A stretch of 17,043 nt of DNA from a virus (lineage: Duplodnaviria > Heunggongvirae > Uroviricota > Caudoviricetes): positions 1 through 17,043 of IMG/VR virus record IMGVR_UViG_2802429225_000003, one strand, 5' to 3'. Shown in pieces: positions 15,928 to 17,043 of the stretch (its first letter is position 1; each line of letters opens with the position of its first letter). The translations under genes and the position numbers were made by a program. The notes beneath the pieces were generated by a model. It searched no databases and had not been told where the DNA came from. It saw only the letters and a list, made by a program, of their open reading frames with translations.

Positions 15928-17043
15928 ATGGTTATGACTAAGAAAAGCAATATAATACATAGTCTTACTTCATTGAGGATGTTTGCTGCCCTTGGCGTGT
16001 TTGTAAGCCATCTGGGAATTTTGTCTCAGTCCTCAATACATCAGTTCAACATAGCTGCAAAATACTTTTTTAATGGGTATGTTGGCGTAACGTTCTTCTA
16101 TATCCTCTCTGGCTTTATTATTAATTACAGTTTTAGCAAGCATTTATCTGAGGGGATGTTTAGCAATAAAGACTTTATTATCTATCGTCTGGCCAGACTA
16201 TTCCCTGTTCATCTTGTTTCACTGGTCTGTGTTCTGTTTTTATTCGGCTATGCAAATAATTGGGGATCTACAAACAAAGAAGCTTTATTCTATAATACAT
16301 TTCTACTTCAATCATTCATACCTGATGCAGGCTATTACTTTTCGTTCAATCCTGTATCATGGAGCATTTCATGCGAAATGTTCTTTTATTTTTGTTTTTG
16401 CCTACTCGTTAAATGCAAAACCAAATATCTCGTATTTCTATTTGCTGCCGTTCAGACTGTAAATGTTTACTTCCTTATACAACCACCAACAGGAATTTCC
16501 TTGCATTGGTTATTCTATATAAATCCTGTATTCAGGATTACAGATTTCATCCTTGGCATTATTATATGTAGAATATTTCTTTCGAAGCCTGTTACTCCAA
16601 AAGTTGTGGCGTGTAGCGCAATGGAATTTGGCTCAATTATTTTTCTAGTGTTAACAATTTATGTGGCAACAAACTACGTGGGCAATATGAATGTTAAATA
16701 TGATCTTTTATATATCCCTTGCATGGCTTCTATTGTTGTTGCGTTTGCCTTTAATGGTGGGGTTATTTCTCGTATTCTTGCAAATAAATATTTAATTTTG
16801 CTTGGAGAAGCTTCATTTTCTTTCTACATGTTCCACTGGATGATAGTATCTAAGTTAATAGAAATAATACAACCTAACAAAAACGATGTGCGTGATGTCA
16901 CTATTTATATAGTTAGCTGCTTAATCAGCTCCGTATTTGTCTCTGTTATTTCGTTTAAATTAATTGAAATGCCAGCAAATAAGTTAATAAGGAATACGTG
17001 GGTAAAGATTAAAATTCAATTACACACAAGAAAACGCGCATAA
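15928..17043 (+). CDS. Acyltransferase-3 family integral membrane protein (O-antigen acetyltransferase-like, probable lysogenic conversion gene)
   Basis: 371-aa strongly hydrophobic multi-pass protein; N-terminal LTSLRMFAALGVFVSH matches the conserved Arg/His-containing first helix of acyltransferase-3 (OafA/Oac-type) enzymes; very low GC; immediately downstream of the tailspike. Start could be the ATG at 15934 instead. Confidence 0.7.
   Translation: MVMTKKSNIIHSLTSLRMFAALGVFVSHLGILSQSSIHQFNIAAKYFFNGYVGVTFFYILSGFIINYSFSKHLSEGMFSNKDFIIYRLARLFPVHLVSLVCVLFLFGYANNWGSTNKEALFYNTFLLQSFIPDAGYYFSFNPVSWSISCEMFFYFCFCLLVKCKTKYLVFLFAAVQTVNVYFLIQPPTGISLHWLFYINPVFRITDFILGIIICRIFLSKPVTPKVVACSAMEFGSIIFLVLTIYVATNYVGNMNVKYDLLYIPCMASIVVAFAFNGGVISRILANKYLILLGEASFSFYMFHWMIVSKLIEIIQPNKNDVRDVTIYIVSCLISSVFVSVISFKLIEMPANKLIRNTWVKIKIQLHTRKRA

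Noticed and set aside
1-17043. tRNA genes, integrase, attachment sites, lysis or regulatory genes
   Set aside because: None recognisable; the window appears to cover only the structural late operon plus the 3' conversion gene, so the prophage borders and any integration-site features lie outside it.

Overview
This window reads as a contiguous late (structural) operon of a temperate tailed phage or prophage with a long non-contractile tail. Almost everything is on the + strand, with tight gene packing and frequent TAATG/ATGA stop-start overlaps. Gene order is: scaffold/protease-like protein, head decoration protein, major capsid protein, head-tail joining proteins, major tail protein with a C-terminal Ig-like domain, tail assembly chaperone, tape measure protein of about 1150 aa, three small tail-tip proteins (one NlpC/P60-like), an 844-aa tail-tip/host-specificity protein, a tailspike/depolymerase-like gene, and a membrane acyltransferase. 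Three things stand out. (1) A small, strongly acidic gene sits alone on the minus strand between the chaperone and tape measure genes, with its own Shine-Dalgarno and AT-rich flanks; this is the best candidate for an undescribed accessory function. (2) The tailspike reading frame is broken twice, each time at a 7-nt homopolymer (G7, A7), and each break is repaired by adding one base. (3) The 3' end has a sharp drop in GC covering the tailspike C-terminal part and an acyltransferase-3 family gene, consistent with a horizontally exchanged receptor-binding and O-antigen-modification (lysogenic conversion) module. All functional calls rest on gene order, size, motifs I recognise by eye and sequence composition; no database search was run.
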